Origin: an uncultured Verrucomicrobiae bacterium
GTDB taxonomy: Bacteria > Verrucomicrobiota > Verrucomicrobiia > Chthoniobacterales > Chthoniobacteraceae
Reading direction: 5' to 3'
Assembly: GCA_963828525.1 (NCBI GenBank)
Contig: CAWHEP010000006.1
Span: forward strand, 42,728-106,727
Length of the DNA stretch: 64,000 nt
Under the pieces are notes generated by a model. That model had not been told where the DNA came from, ran no database searches, and worked only from the letters and a program-made list of their open reading frames with translations. Positions 1-9,779 of the stretch are shown one piece after another; position 1 is the first letter of the stretch; each line of letters begins with the position of its first letter. A program made the position numbers and the translations under genes.

Positions 1-506
1 ACACGTCGGAAATTGTTTCGAGTCGTTGGCGATATTTCCAACGAGCGGAGCCATTCATCGACTTCCGTCGCCGTGAACCCCGAGACGCTCTTGTTTTCAA
101 AGCTCGCCGCAAATTGCCCCAAGCGGCTCCGCAGATCGCCCAGGTAGCGCTCGCTGGCCCCGTCCCGCTTCTTTATGCTTAAAAGCTCATCGGTGAGCGC
201 CTTGAACGTGCAGGTGCGGTTCATGGCTTGGAGGTGCGGCAGAATGAAATTCGCCGCGTCCAAAATTGTCTTCCCGAAGGGTGAGAGCAGGGCATCGGCT
301 TTTCGCGCCATGACGCGCAATTCACTCGGAAAGTTGATCGACTCCGTGCCCTGGTTCAGCAACTCGGTGTTCTTCTGATGGGAGTAGGTTTCGGCTTCCC
401 GCTTGGTTTCGAAAAACTTCCTCATCCACTTTCCGTTTTCCTTGCCGCGCACGAGGTATTTCAGCTTCGGATGCTTGTACGGTTTAACGCGAAAGGATGT
501 CTTCAT
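1..506 (-). CDS. Tyrosine recombinase/phage integrase, N-terminal part (runs off the window edge)
   Basis: Manual translation from ATG at 506 is open to base 1: MKTSFRVKPYKHPKLKYLVRGKENGKWMRKFFETKREAETY...KKRDGASERYLGDLRSRLGQF...EVDEWLRSLEISPTTRNNFRR. This resembles integrase arm-binding plus SAM-like core-binding domains. It lies directly downstream of the tRNA-Leu 3' end and is not in the ORF track. The catalytic domain is outside the window. Confidence 0.75.
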   Translation of the reverse strand, partial: MKTSFRVKPYKHPKLKYLVRGKENGKWMRKFFETKREAETYSHQKNTELLNQGTESINFPSELRVMARKADALLSPFGKTILDAANFILPHLQAMNRTCTFKALTDELLSIKKRDGASERYLGDLRSRLGQFAASFENKSVSGFTATEVDEWLRSLEISPTTRNNFRR

Positions 507-652
507 GTGAAAAGCATTGCTCTTTTGTTGCTACTTTTCAAGCGAAAGTGCGTGTTTTCGTGAATGTATGCGTTTGTATGTGTCAGGTGTATTCTGAATC
601 CTGAACGGACTGTATCTCTCTCATTCAGAAGGAATAACACGATTCACAGAAG

Positions 653-737
653 TGCCGATGGCGGGACTCGAACCCGCACTCCGCTTTCGCGAAAACGGAT
701 TTTAAGTCCGTTGCGTCTGCCATTCCGCCACATCGGC
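653..737 (-). tRNA. tRNA-Leu(TAA)
   Basis: Reverse complement is GCCGATGTGGCGGAATGGCAGACGCAACGGAC-TTAAAA-TCCGT...GCGGGTTCGAGTCCCGCCATCGGCA. Long variable arm, anticodon TAA, CCA not encoded. Confidence 0.95.
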
Positions 738-1001
738 ATCACTTTTGTCTCTGTGGCACTCTCGCGTTGTCCCTTTGCCGGAAACGCGCAGCTCGTCAAA
801 GCACCTGCACAGACTACGTCACACCCACCGTTCTACCATTGCGCGTGGCGCTCGCAACCCGAAAGTCCTTCGGAAGCCTTTGGAGCGGCACTGCGGAGCC
901 AACCCGCTGGGCCTCGTTTCTTACGCCGCGCGCGAGTTGCTTTCCGGCGCTCTTCATCCGGCCTGCTGGGGTGAGCTGGCGCATGAAAGTACCGCCTATC
1001 T

Positions 1002-1862
1002 CTAATGAACGTCCGCCTTCGGCGCGTCTTCCGTCCATGGAGGCCGTCGCCCATTCCAGTGCAGAATGTTCGCGTAAGGCACTGCTGCTCTGACAGCCTC
1101 TAAGAAGCCATCGTCCCAGAGTATTGGCCGCTCCGCGATCTCGGTATGATCAGCGCACAGGTTCCACTTATTAGATCGGGCGACGCGATCCTCCAGCCCG
1201 CAACTCTGGATCGCCCAGATCAATGCTCCCTGATCATGCCAGGAGATGGCCTGCCGCGCATCTGGATCGTTGATCGCGCGCGCGACCGGCTCTATATACG
1301 CCTCTATCGCGGCTGCGTCCCTGTCTCTCCGCCAGCCAGACACGCCCGCGTTTATCACGGGCACCAGCGGATCAAACGAACGGTGTATAGGAAGCAAATC
1401 GTATAGCGTCGGGTGATTCGCTGTGAGATGCGGCGCTTTGTTCTCCGGTGTGAAGAATGGCCCGGTTGCGATGATCTCGAACAACTCAGGCAGATTCCGC
1501 AGGACGACAATATCGCAGTCCATCCAGATCACATCCCGGAAGGGCGCGTGCTTGATCAGGAGTGGACAAATCCAAAGCGGCCAGACGCGCTTGTTTGGTT
1601 TCGCCAATGGCGGCGTCAGACTCATGACTGATCGGATGCGGTTGATCATCGGATCATCAGGGAGCGGCAGGAGCCGAAGGTTTTGCCTCTTTGCGGCTTC
1701 CTCTTTCTGGACAGATGACAAACCGAGGTCGTAGCAGGCTACGATACAAGGACAGCATTCCTGCGCCGATCTATGCAGCATCAGCAGCCCTTCAAAATAG
1801 TTTTCGTCCGCGAGCGTGATGATCGCGACGTCCCCAGACACTTCAGAGGTCGCGGCCGCCAT
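1002..1862 (-). CDS. GT-A fold glycosyltransferase (GT8-like)
   Basis: IITLADENYF start, WMDCD DxD motif, INAGVSG, HDQGAL, C-terminal ILHWNG. Confidence 0.7.
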   Translation of the reverse strand: MAAATSEVSGDVAIITLADENYFEGLLMLHRSAQECCPCIVACYDLGLSSVQKEEAAKRQNLRLLPLPDDPMINRIRSVMSLTPPLAKPNKRVWPLWICPLLIKHAPFRDVIWMDCDIVVLRNLPELFEIIATGPFFTPENKAPHLTANHPTLYDLLPIHRSFDPLVPVINAGVSGWRRDRDAAAIEAYIEPVARAINDPDARQAISWHDQGALIWAIQSCGLEDRVARSNKWNLCADHTEIAERPILWDDGFLEAVRAAVPYANILHWNGRRPPWTEDAPKADVH

Positions 1863-1865
1863 TTG

Positions 1866-2708
1866 TCAGGATATTGCGAGTTCCTTGCTCAAGATTTCGG
1901 CCAGGGTCCGGTCTTTCACCAGAGTGCCGCTTCTCAAGCCCCTGTCAGCGCGCTCCGGCGTGACAATCATTTGATTGTAGTAGTCCCTAAGACCACCTGC
2001 TTGCCATAGCGCGTGTAGCTGACGCCAGGTCTGACCCACGTCGACTGACAATTGCCTGTTTCGCGCGTAGGCCGCTCCGCCTTTGACAATTTTATTCTCA
2101 AATTGCGGATACGACCGCGCTGGATAGTGGAGGATTCTCAATATGCCGCGCGCGCCCTCCAGGAAGGCGCCTCGTCTTCGCACCGCGTGATTGCCTTGAT
2201 CGATCTCAACGTCCCCGGCGGCCCGGTGGCACGTCTTCGGCGGCAAGGCCTGACCCATCGCGTTGTATGAGAACCGCTCCCGCAGGGTCATTCGTTCCGC
2301 GAAGCAGCCGGCTCCATACTCGTCGACCGGAGGAAAGTTCGATCTTTCTACAACCACACAGGGCACTTGCGGGTCCAGCGATGACAGGTCTGCCTTCGCT
2401 CCTCCGGACGAATTGCCGATCCAGAATTCATCAGCGTCGCTGTTGATGACCCAATCCGCTCCGTAGCGGGTGGCGGCCAGTCGCGCCATCTCCGTGACCC
2501 ATCGCGCTTGCGAAAAATCGTCGTCGGGCTGATCCAGGCGCGCGGCAACGCCGCTCCGAACGTATTCCTCGATGATATCCCGCGTCCCATCCACCGACAG
2601 ATTGTCCATTACAATGAAGAAGTCCACCCCCTGGCGCAAATGGCATTCAAAATTCGCGCGCAGGACGTCTTCCTCGTCGCGCACAAGCAGCGTCATTACT
2701 AACTTCAT
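1866..2708 (-). CDS. Glycosyltransferase family 2
   Basis: MKLVMTLLVRDEEDVL, DNLSVDGT, WVINSDADEFW, ILHYPARS. ATG at 2708 overlaps the stop of the upstream gene. Confidence 0.8.
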   Translation of the reverse strand: MKLVMTLLVRDEEDVLRANFECHLRQGVDFFIVMDNLSVDGTRDIIEEYVRSGVAARLDQPDDDFSQARWVTEMARLAATRYGADWVINSDADEFWIGNSSGGAKADLSSLDPQVPCVVVERSNFPPVDEYGAGCFAERMTLRERFSYNAMGQALPPKTCHRAAGDVEIDQGNHAVRRRGAFLEGARGILRILHYPARSYPQFENKIVKGGAAYARNRQLSVDVGQTWRQLHALWQAGGLRDYYNQMIVTPERADRGLRSGTLVKDRTLAEILSKELAIS

Positions 2709-3748
2709 CGTTTGATCTCGTGTGCCCGGGCGGCGCGCGGGAATGTCCGGGAAAGCCACGCGCGCGCGCATTCCAGGCTCCTCTTCATCTCATTCGACTC
2801 GGCAGCCATTCGCGGACGGAAGAGCGCCACTGTAATGGGTATCAGGCCGACGTAGCGGAGGTCTTTGGCTGTGGCATCCAGAGCCACCATGAGCGGTCCC
2901 CACACTTTGTAGAACCCTTCGTCAACAAAGGGGAGGTAGCGCTCGCCACTTTTCGTGAATACCACCACCGGAAACGCGTTCAACGCGGATTTTGCAAGCT
3001 CGTACAAAATATATACTGCAGCCACAGCTACAAACGGGCTGCCTACATCACACTGGCTGATGAAGGCGGCAAACGCCGCGATCTCCAACGGCAGGATGAC
3101 GTATTTCACCCAGAGAACGAGTCGTCGATGCCCCAGGGCATGCACTACGGTCACCAGCCCCGCAGCGCGGTCGTGCTCCTCGCTTTGAAGTTGATGGGAC
3201 AAAATCCCGCGCAAACCCGTCATCAGAGACCATAGGGCCGCCGCGATGACGATGAGGGCATCCGGAGAGCGGAGGCCCTGATGGAATAGAATAAGGAGGG
3301 CCAGCATCGCAGGATACACGTGGGCCGCAGAAGCGTCACAAAGTATGCCCGGCCAACCCCTGTTCTTAAGCCGCAGCGGGGGGATTGAATAGGCGAGTGG
3401 GATAAGCAGTTCGCCCGCAGTGAGAAGCGCGCCGGCCGTTCCCCCGGCCGCGCTTGCGAGCAGAAGAGCTGTTGCGGCAGATAGACCGATGATGAGCCAC
3501 ATTCGGCGCGGGCCCGCCTGTTGGGCCGCATTTGTCCGTTGGCCACGCCTGTCTTCGTCAACGTCGAATAACTCATTCAGCGCGTAACCATAGTTCGCAA
3601 CGCAACTGACAGCGCAGACCAATGCTGCAAAGGAGAGAAAGGCTGAAAGCGTCAAAGGCCGGCCATCCAGCAGCAAAAGGCCAGTCAGGACGGACAAGGG
3701 GACTTTGTTGAGCCACCAGGCGCGGGGCCGTATCAGGATCATCATCAT
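2705..3748 (-). CDS. UbiA prenyltransferase family membrane protein
   Basis: Multiple hydrophobic segments, Asp-rich NELFDVDED motif, YSIPPLRLK motif. Start uncertain (3748-3772). Confidence 0.75.
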   Translation of the reverse strand: MMMILIRPRAWWLNKVPLSVLTGLLLLDGRPLTLSAFLSFAALVCAVSCVANYGYALNELFDVDEDRRGQRTNAAQQAGPRRMWLIIGLSAATALLLASAAGGTAGALLTAGELLIPLAYSIPPLRLKNRGWPGILCDASAAHVYPAMLALLILFHQGLRSPDALIVIAAALWSLMTGLRGILSHQLQSEEHDRAAGLVTVVHALGHRRLVLWVKYVILPLEIAAFAAFISQCDVGSPFVAVAAVYILYELAKSALNAFPVVVFTKSGERYLPFVDEGFYKVWGPLMVALDATAKDLRYVGLIPITVALFRPRMAAESNEMKRSLECARAWLSRTFPRAARAHEIKR

Positions 3749-3804
3749 CCTCCCGCGTGGCAGGGCACTCAATTACGCCCCAGCCGATCTCGAATTCAAG
3801 TGTT

Positions 3805-4308
3805 TTAGGAAGCGCCGATCTTCAAACGATCATCTTCCGCCAGCAACTCGTCCAGGCAGGTCCAACCGGTGTCATCCAGCGCCTGAAAGGATTGCAGATA
3901 GATTGCCACAAGCGTCCTGTCGTATTTGGCGAGGAGCTTTTCGACCGCGGCCCTCAGCGCTTCCTTGTCAGGGGCGGGTGGCAAATTTTCCACTGTGCCC
4001 TTTTCATCATGGGCAATACTCAGGCTGTCCAGGAAATCACAAAGCAGGTTTGAATGCGCTCCCACGAGCCACGTCTGGAGCAAATGCGCGCAGATCGGAC
4101 TGCTCGCCTTCTTGGAGAGCACATCCCGCATCCACGCGTGACGCTCCGCGGGCGTTTTTCGCGTCACAAATACAGCTCGCAGGTTCCTCTGTTTCGCGAG
4201 GGACTCTATTGTCGCTCTGTAAAGATCCTTATCCGACGCGAGGAGATAAGCGAAGATGGGTTCCGCCTGCGCGGGGGCGAGTTGGCAGAAGATTTCAAAT
4301 GGCTTCAT
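3805..4308 (-). CDS. Conserved hypothetical protein
   Basis: 167 aa helical ORF, co-oriented and tightly spaced with neighbours. Confidence 0.6.
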   Translation of the reverse strand: MKPFEIFCQLAPAQAEPIFAYLLASDKDLYRATIESLAKQRNLRAVFVTRKTPAERHAWMRDVLSKKASSPICAHLLQTWLVGAHSNLLCDFLDSLSIAHDEKGTVENLPPAPDKEALRAAVEKLLAKYDRTLVAIYLQSFQALDDTGWTCLDELLAEDDRLKIGAS

Positions 4309-4387
4309 TGGAGCGCGCCACCGTACCGATCACCGATTCGGGTCGCAAGAAGATTGTAAGTTTCCGAACCGCAGCTCTTTGCGGGAG

Positions 4388-7300
4388 TCAGCCTCCTTTG
4401 ACGCTGCCGCTTGCTTCGGGCACCGGAATGTTGTGCTTCGAGCACCACTGGATGGCAGGCCGGTAGCCGGATGCCGCCGCGCGTTTGTAGAGCGCGACCG
4501 ATTCGTCCGCGTCCGCTGGCACTCCCACTCCGGACTCAAGGCAGCGCGCGTAGTAGAAAGTGCAGGCCGCGCTGCCATTTTTAATGCCCTCCTGGAACAA
4601 TCCCGCCGCTTTCTCGGCGGCTTTCGCCGGGTCTTTCAGCGGCCCGTCGCCGTTGATGTAAAGCGCGCCAAGGTTTGCGAGCGAGTCCCAGTAGTGAAGC
4701 CCCGCCGCCTGGCTATATAGGCGGAACGCTTCGGCGACGTCTTTCCGCAACCCGCCTCGCCCGTGCGCGTAACACGTTCCCAGCAAATCCATCGCTCTCG
4801 GCTCTCCGCCGACAGACGCCTGTTTGAGGAGATCGACCGCTCGGGGTTCGTCCGGCGCAAGGCCGCGACCATATAGCAGGCACTCCGCCAGGCAATACCG
4901 CCCGACCATGTCGTCCTTGTCGCTGGCCTGTTGAAACCACCCCGCCGCCTTCGCATAATCCCTGGCGACTCCCGACCCGTTCGAATACATCAGTCCCGTT
5001 TGAGTCATCGCCTGCGCCTGCCCTTTTTCCGCGGCGGCCAGATACCAGGTGAACGCGGTCGCTGGTTCTTCTTTGCGAAGGCGGCTTCCAAGCAACATCA
5101 TCGCCGATACGATGTCGAGTTTCGCCGCCTCGATGAGCGGACGCCGAAGCGCTTCAAAGTCCATCGCCTGGATTGCCTCTGGATGCGAGCGAAAGTGATC
5201 CAGAACCAGTGCCAGCCTCACCCGCCCGGTGTCGGACTCTGGGAAATCGCGGGCCGCTTTCAGGTATGCTTCCAGACATTCCGGCCAATTCCCGGCCTCT
5301 TCAAATTGCTCCGCGGTCGCGATCTGCTTCGCGAGCAGTTGCTGCCGCGTGGGCGCCTGCGGAAGAGCAGGCGAGGGGGTTGATACCCGAATCGCGACCT
5401 CCGCGGTCGGCTGTGGCGTCACCGCTGGCAGCGGCGTCCCGCGCTCGACAGCCGGAGCGGACGGCGCGGGCATTACGGATGGTGTGGGCGAAACCTCCAC
5501 CGCTCTTGGAGCAGATGTTGCAACGAGGGGTTGCTTCGTGGTTCGCGGCATCAGGTAGAACGCGACCGCTCCCGCGGCGGCTGCCGCCACAACGCAGGGC
5601 GCCAGCCATGGGCGCCCGCGACCGCCCCCGCTTGATACCGGCTCGCGAGCCGCCACCGTCGCATGGGTGGATGCGGAGTGAACGCTCGTTCCCGGGCTCC
5701 GAGCGGTTACAATCCGCGCCTCCGGCCTCCGGCCTTCTGCTTTCTCCAGCCGATCCAGCGCCTCAAACAGCGCCTGCGCGGAGGCAAACGCTGCCGGCTG
5801 CTCCATCGCGCGCCTCAATATCTGGTTTCCTTCCTCCGAAAGATTCGCGAGAGGGGTATAAGCAGCCGCTGCTCCCGGTAATCGAGCGGCTGCGGTACCG
5901 CCTAGGAGTTCGCGCGCGATCGTCCCGAGCACTTGCGCCGTGCTCGGCGCGCCAGCTCCCCCGGAAGACGGGCGCGCCGGGGCATCTCCCGACATCGTTT
6001 GCCCGCCCTGCCAGGTGGCTCCCAGGGACGTTTCACAATCCAGCCGGAGCGGATTCAGCTTTAAAACGAAGGGGGGCCACTCATACACAGGTGTTTGGAG
6101 GAGATCCTCTTCTCCCCCGGGGAAGTGCAAAAACATTTGCGCGAGCGACATGTCCAAATCACCCAGTCCGGCCGTCGCAGCGTAGTCCGCTCCCGTCGCG
6201 GCCTGCTTTAGCAGAAGGAGCGTCTCGGTCTGGCTAAGTTCCCTTCTGTTCCGCAGCAGCTCCAGCACGGAAAACCCCCGCGTCCACTCCGAGATGAGAA
6301 GGCTGAGAGTCTCCAGCCGTTCCAAAGAAAAGATGCGCGTGAGGTTCGGATGCTCGATCTGTCTGGCGCGCTCCACCGCCTGCTCGATCCGCGTATACGC
6401 TGCGGAACTACCGATGAACTCCTCGCTCAACACCGTGACCCTAACTTCCATCCCCGAAGCAAGCTGTCTCGCGTGGTAGCTCATGCCAAGGCTGCCTTCA
6501 CCCGCCTCGGAGATGATTTCGTATCGATCCGCAAGCGCGCTCCCAGGTTTGAGCAAGGGGCCCTGCGACTGCGGGTCGGACTCCATCGGCGCGCCGCCTC
6601 CCGACAGCGTCTGGATGCAGGCGTCCAGCTCTTTGCGGAGAACGGCAGGTGTTTCAGGCCGGTTGGCGGGAGATTTCTCGAGCATCCGCGCCAGCACGGC
6701 GATCAGGGGCGAGGGCAGCCGTCCCAACTGCTCGATGGGAAGGGGTTTATGGAGATGCTGGCTCGTCACCTGCCCCAGTGAGCCCGAAAACGGAGTCCTT
6801 CCCGTCACCATGTACCAGAGCGTTATCCCGAGAGAGTAGATGTCCGAGCGGGTATCAACCTCGCTGTTTGTCAGTTGCTCCGGGCTCGCGAAGTACGGCG
6901 TGCCCACAAAGCCGCTGGCATTCACTTCGCTCGCGTCCGCCTTGTCGGAAATCGCCAAGCCGAAATCGATTACCTTCGCGCAAACCTCCTCGTCCTCCCG
7001 TACCAGCATCAGATTTGCCGGCTTCAAGTCGCGATGCACAAGATTCAGCCGCTGGGCCGCGCCCAAAGCGCGGGCGACCTGCGTCGTGATTTGCAGCGCC
7101 AGCAGCGGGGCCAGCGCTCCCTGCCGTCGGACGAGAGCTTCCACCGTCTCTCCGTCGATGAACTCCATTACATAAAAATAGGTGTCGTTCTCGATCCCGA
7201 GGTGGAACACGGACGCCACATGCGGATGCCTCAACTGGGCCGCCGACCGCGCCTCCCGGACAAACCGTTCCCGAGCGATCTCGCTATCCAGGTTTGCGCC

Positions 7301-7447
7301 GTTTATGACTTTCAGCGCCACCGGTATCCGCAACGTGGTATCGAACGCCTTGTAGGTGATTCCCATCGCGCCCCTTCCGAGTTCGAACGGAGACGCGTCC
7401 TCCCGAGTCAGGATTTCGTAGTTGTCGAATTTCGAAGGGATCGGCAT
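4388..7447 (-). CDS. Ser/Thr protein kinase with second degenerate kinase domain, TM helix and Sel1-like repeats
   Basis: GRGAMG, VALK, HRDLKPAN, DFG, GTPYFASPE. Second kinase-like lobe, hydrophobic segment, then repeated LGxxYxxGxG...A..WF..AA Sel1 units. Confidence 0.9.
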   Translation of the reverse strand: MPIPSKFDNYEILTREDASPFELGRGAMGITYKAFDTTLRIPVALKVINGANLDSEIARERFVREARSAAQLRHPHVASVFHLGIENDTYFYVMEFIDGETVEALVRRQGALAPLLALQITTQVARALGAAQRLNLVHRDLKPANLMLVREDEEVCAKVIDFGLAISDKADASEVNASGFVGTPYFASPEQLTNSEVDTRSDIYSLGITLWYMVTGRTPFSGSLGQVTSQHLHKPLPIEQLGRLPSPLIAVLARMLEKSPANRPETPAVLRKELDACIQTLSGGGAPMESDPQSQGPLLKPGSALADRYEIISEAGEGSLGMSYHARQLASGMEVRVTVLSEEFIGSSAAYTRIEQAVERARQIEHPNLTRIFSLERLETLSLLISEWTRGFSVLELLRNRRELSQTETLLLLKQAATGADYAATAGLGDLDMSLAQMFLHFPGGEEDLLQTPVYEWPPFVLKLNPLRLDCETSLGATWQGGQTMSGDAPARPSSGGAGAPSTAQVLGTIARELLGGTAAARLPGAAAAYTPLANLSEEGNQILRRAMEQPAAFASAQALFEALDRLEKAEGRRPEARIVTARSPGTSVHSASTHATVAAREPVSSGGGRGRPWLAPCVVAAAAAGAVAFYLMPRTTKQPLVATSAPRAVEVSPTPSVMPAPSAPAVERGTPLPAVTPQPTAEVAIRVSTPSPALPQAPTRQQLLAKQIATAEQFEEAGNWPECLEAYLKAARDFPESDTGRVRLALVLDHFRSHPEAIQAMDFEALRRPLIEAAKLDIVSAMMLLGSRLRKEEPATAFTWYLAAAEKGQAQAMTQTGLMYSNGSGVARDYAKAAGWFQQASDKDDMVGRYCLAECLLYGRGLAPDEPRAVDLLKQASVGGEPRAMDLLGTCYAHGRGGLRKDVAEAFRLYSQAAGLHYWDSLANLGALYINGDGPLKDPAKAAEKAAGLFQEGIKNGSAACTFYYARCLESGVGVPADADESVALYKRAAASGYRPAIQWCSKHNIPVPEASGSVKGG

Positions 7448-7512
7448 TCCGTCAAAGCCGAGACAATACAAGGAACGGTCTCTTGCTCACAAGACAAGTC
7501 GCCCCGCCATTC

Positions 7513-8313
7513 CTACCGTTGCTTCACCGCCGCGATCAGAGGTCGCGCGAAGTCCGCAACCGCTTCCAGCAGCCTGCCATCGCGCCCGTGCTCGCCGATC
7601 CTTTTTACAATAGCGCTTCCGACCACCACCGCGTCCGCGCATCGCGCCACCTGAGCTGCCTGCGCCGGCGTGGAAATCCCAAAACCCACAGCGATCGGGA
7701 GGCTCGTTGCTTGCCGGATCAATCCCACCTGCTCCTCCAGCGTGGCCGCGACCGTCGTCTGTTCTCCTGTAACCCCTTCCCGCGACACGTAGTAAATAAA
7801 CCCGCCCGCCTGCGCGGCGATGGTCGCTATGCGGATTTTTGGAGTCGTTGGAGCGATCAGGCGTATGTGCTTCAGCGTCACGGGCGGTTCGCCGATCTCT
7901 TCGTCCGGCGGCAGGTCAAGGATCAGCACTCCATCCACGCCGGCCTCCTCCGCCTCGCGGTGGAATCTCTCAAATCCAAAGCTGCAGAGCGGATTCATGT
8001 ATGTGTAAAGGACGATCGGAACCTGCGATTCCAGCCGGATCGAGCTTACGCATTGCAGAACACGTTCCAGCGTAGTCCCCGCGTCCAGCCCGCGCTGCGC
8101 CGCCATCTGATTAACGATGCCATCAGCGAGGGGATCTGAGAACGGAACCCCGAGTTCGATGATATCAGTCCCGCAGCGCTCGAGTGTCAGTGCCAAGGCC
8201 TTTGTGGCGTCCAGATCTGGATCCCCGGCGCCAATGTAGGCGATAAACGCCTTCTCAGCCTTGCCACGCAATCGCGCGAAGGTCTCATCAATCCTTTGAC
8301 GGGAAATAGCCAC
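7513..8313 (-). CDS. trpA: Tryptophan synthase alpha chain
   Basis: IELGVPFSDPLADG, YTYMNP, GFIYYVSREGVTG, VGFGIST, VVVGSAIV. Start uncertain (8313-8385). Confidence 0.95.
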   Translation of the reverse strand: MAISRQRIDETFARLRGKAEKAFIAYIGAGDPDLDATKALALTLERCGTDIIELGVPFSDPLADGIVNQMAAQRGLDAGTTLERVLQCVSSIRLESQVPIVLYTYMNPLCSFGFERFHREAEEAGVDGVLILDLPPDEEIGEPPVTLKHIRLIAPTTPKIRIATIAAQAGGFIYYVSREGVTGEQTTVAATLEEQVGLIRQATSLPIAVGFGISTPAQAAQVARCADAVVVGSAIVKRIGEHGRDGRLLEAVADFARPLIAAVKQR

Positions 8314-8460
8314 CCCGGAGCTTCCCCCAGAACCCCGGCCATTGGCCAGCATTTTTCCAAGGCGAGCCCGCGGCCAGATGCGCATCGCAGGGCGGGGCTA
8401 GCGCTTATATGGCACGGGACTGGCTATACATACTAGAAATACCATTCTTTTCATCGGACC

Positions 8461-9765
8461 ATGCTAACCCTCCAAAACGTCCTTTCTCCCCTCGTGGCGA
8501 TGCTCGTCATTTTCTCGCTTGAGGCCTCGGCGAGCGCCATTGCCCTCTCGGCAGAGGAGCAGCAGCTTGCAAACCTTTTCACTGGGAGCGCCGATCAGCA
8601 CAGGTCGGGGATGACATTGGATCCCACCCTCACAGCGGTCGCCCGCGCCCGCGCCGCCGACCTCTGCAAGCGAAACTACTTTAGCCACGTGAATCCCGAC
8701 GGCCACGGCCCTGATTACATGGTTCGGCAGGCGGGCTATATATTGCCATCGTGGGGCGATTCGACCACCGACAATAACGTCGAGTCTATCGGGGCCGGAT
8801 ACTCAAGCGCCAGTGACATGTGGCAGGCGTGGATCACCGATTCCGCGCACGCCACCCATGTTCTGGGTCTCGACTCTTTCTTCGCCTCCGAGACGTCCTA
8901 CGGCGTCGGCTTCTATCATGATCCGAACAGCACCTACCAATACTACTGGGTTCTCATCACCGCGCCTCCTCAGCCAGCATCAGCTCTCCCCCCCAAACCT
9001 ACAGTAAACCCGCCCGATAACGACCTGGCCCGCAGCCTGGTGTGGGAAAACAAGGCCACCGGCGAAGTGCAGGCTTGGTTTATGAACGGCGCAAACTGCT
9101 CCGCGGAATCCTCGCTCACCACCCCACTAAACGCCTGCCTCGACTGGAACATCGTCGGGATGGGAGACTTCAATGGCGACGGCCAGCAGGATATGGTCTG
9201 GCAGAACAACAGGTCTGGACAAGTCGCCGTCACCTACATGAATGGCGCAAAATTTCTAGGGGTCGCCCTCGTCGGCGTAGTCTCAAACCTCAGTTGGAAA
9301 ATCGTCGGTGTCGGCGACTTCAACGGCGATGGCCACCCCGATCTCGTTTGGCAGGACGGCGCGAACGGACAGATCATCGTCTGGCTCATGAACGGTTCGA
9401 AGGTGGTTTCCGGCTCGCCAGTCACTCCCCGCCTGAATGCTTCATGGCGAGTAGCCGGGGTAGGGGATCTCAATGGCGACGGCCACCCTGATTTGGTCGT
9501 CCAGAACATCGTCAACGGCAAAGTGTCCTTCCTCCTCATGAACGGCACCAGCGCGATGTCGGCGCCCGGGATTACCCAGTTGCCCCTCTCCTGGAAAATA
9601 GCGGGCGTAGGCAAGCTCGGCGCAAACCAGATGGGCGTGGTCCTGCAAGACAGCGCCAACGGCCAGCTATTCGCGTGGCTCACAAGCGCCGGCACCGTAA
9701 CCGCCGGCACAGCACTTAACCCAGGCTTCATCGCAGACCCGGCGTGGTCTCTCCGCAATCATTGA
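8461..9765 (+). CDS. Secreted CAP (SCP) domain protein with FG-GAP/VCBS repeats
   Basis: Signal peptide, ARARAADLCKRNYFSHVNPDG and ESIGAG CAP motifs, three GD(F/L)NGDG repeats. Confidence 0.85.
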   Translation: MLTLQNVLSPLVAMLVIFSLEASASAIALSAEEQQLANLFTGSADQHRSGMTLDPTLTAVARARAADLCKRNYFSHVNPDGHGPDYMVRQAGYILPSWGDSTTDNNVESIGAGYSSASDMWQAWITDSAHATHVLGLDSFFASETSYGVGFYHDPNSTYQYYWVLITAPPQPASALPPKPTVNPPDNDLARSLVWENKATGEVQAWFMNGANCSAESSLTTPLNACLDWNIVGMGDFNGDGQQDMVWQNNRSGQVAVTYMNGAKFLGVALVGVVSNLSWKIVGVGDFNGDGHPDLVWQDGANGQIIVWLMNGSKVVSGSPVTPRLNASWRVAGVGDLNGDGHPDLVVQNIVNGKVSFLLMNGTSAMSAPGITQLPLSWKIAGVGKLGANQMGVVLQDSANGQLFAWLTSAGTVTAGTALNPGFIADPAWSLRNH

Positions 9766-9779
9766 GCGCGCCCGCTCCC

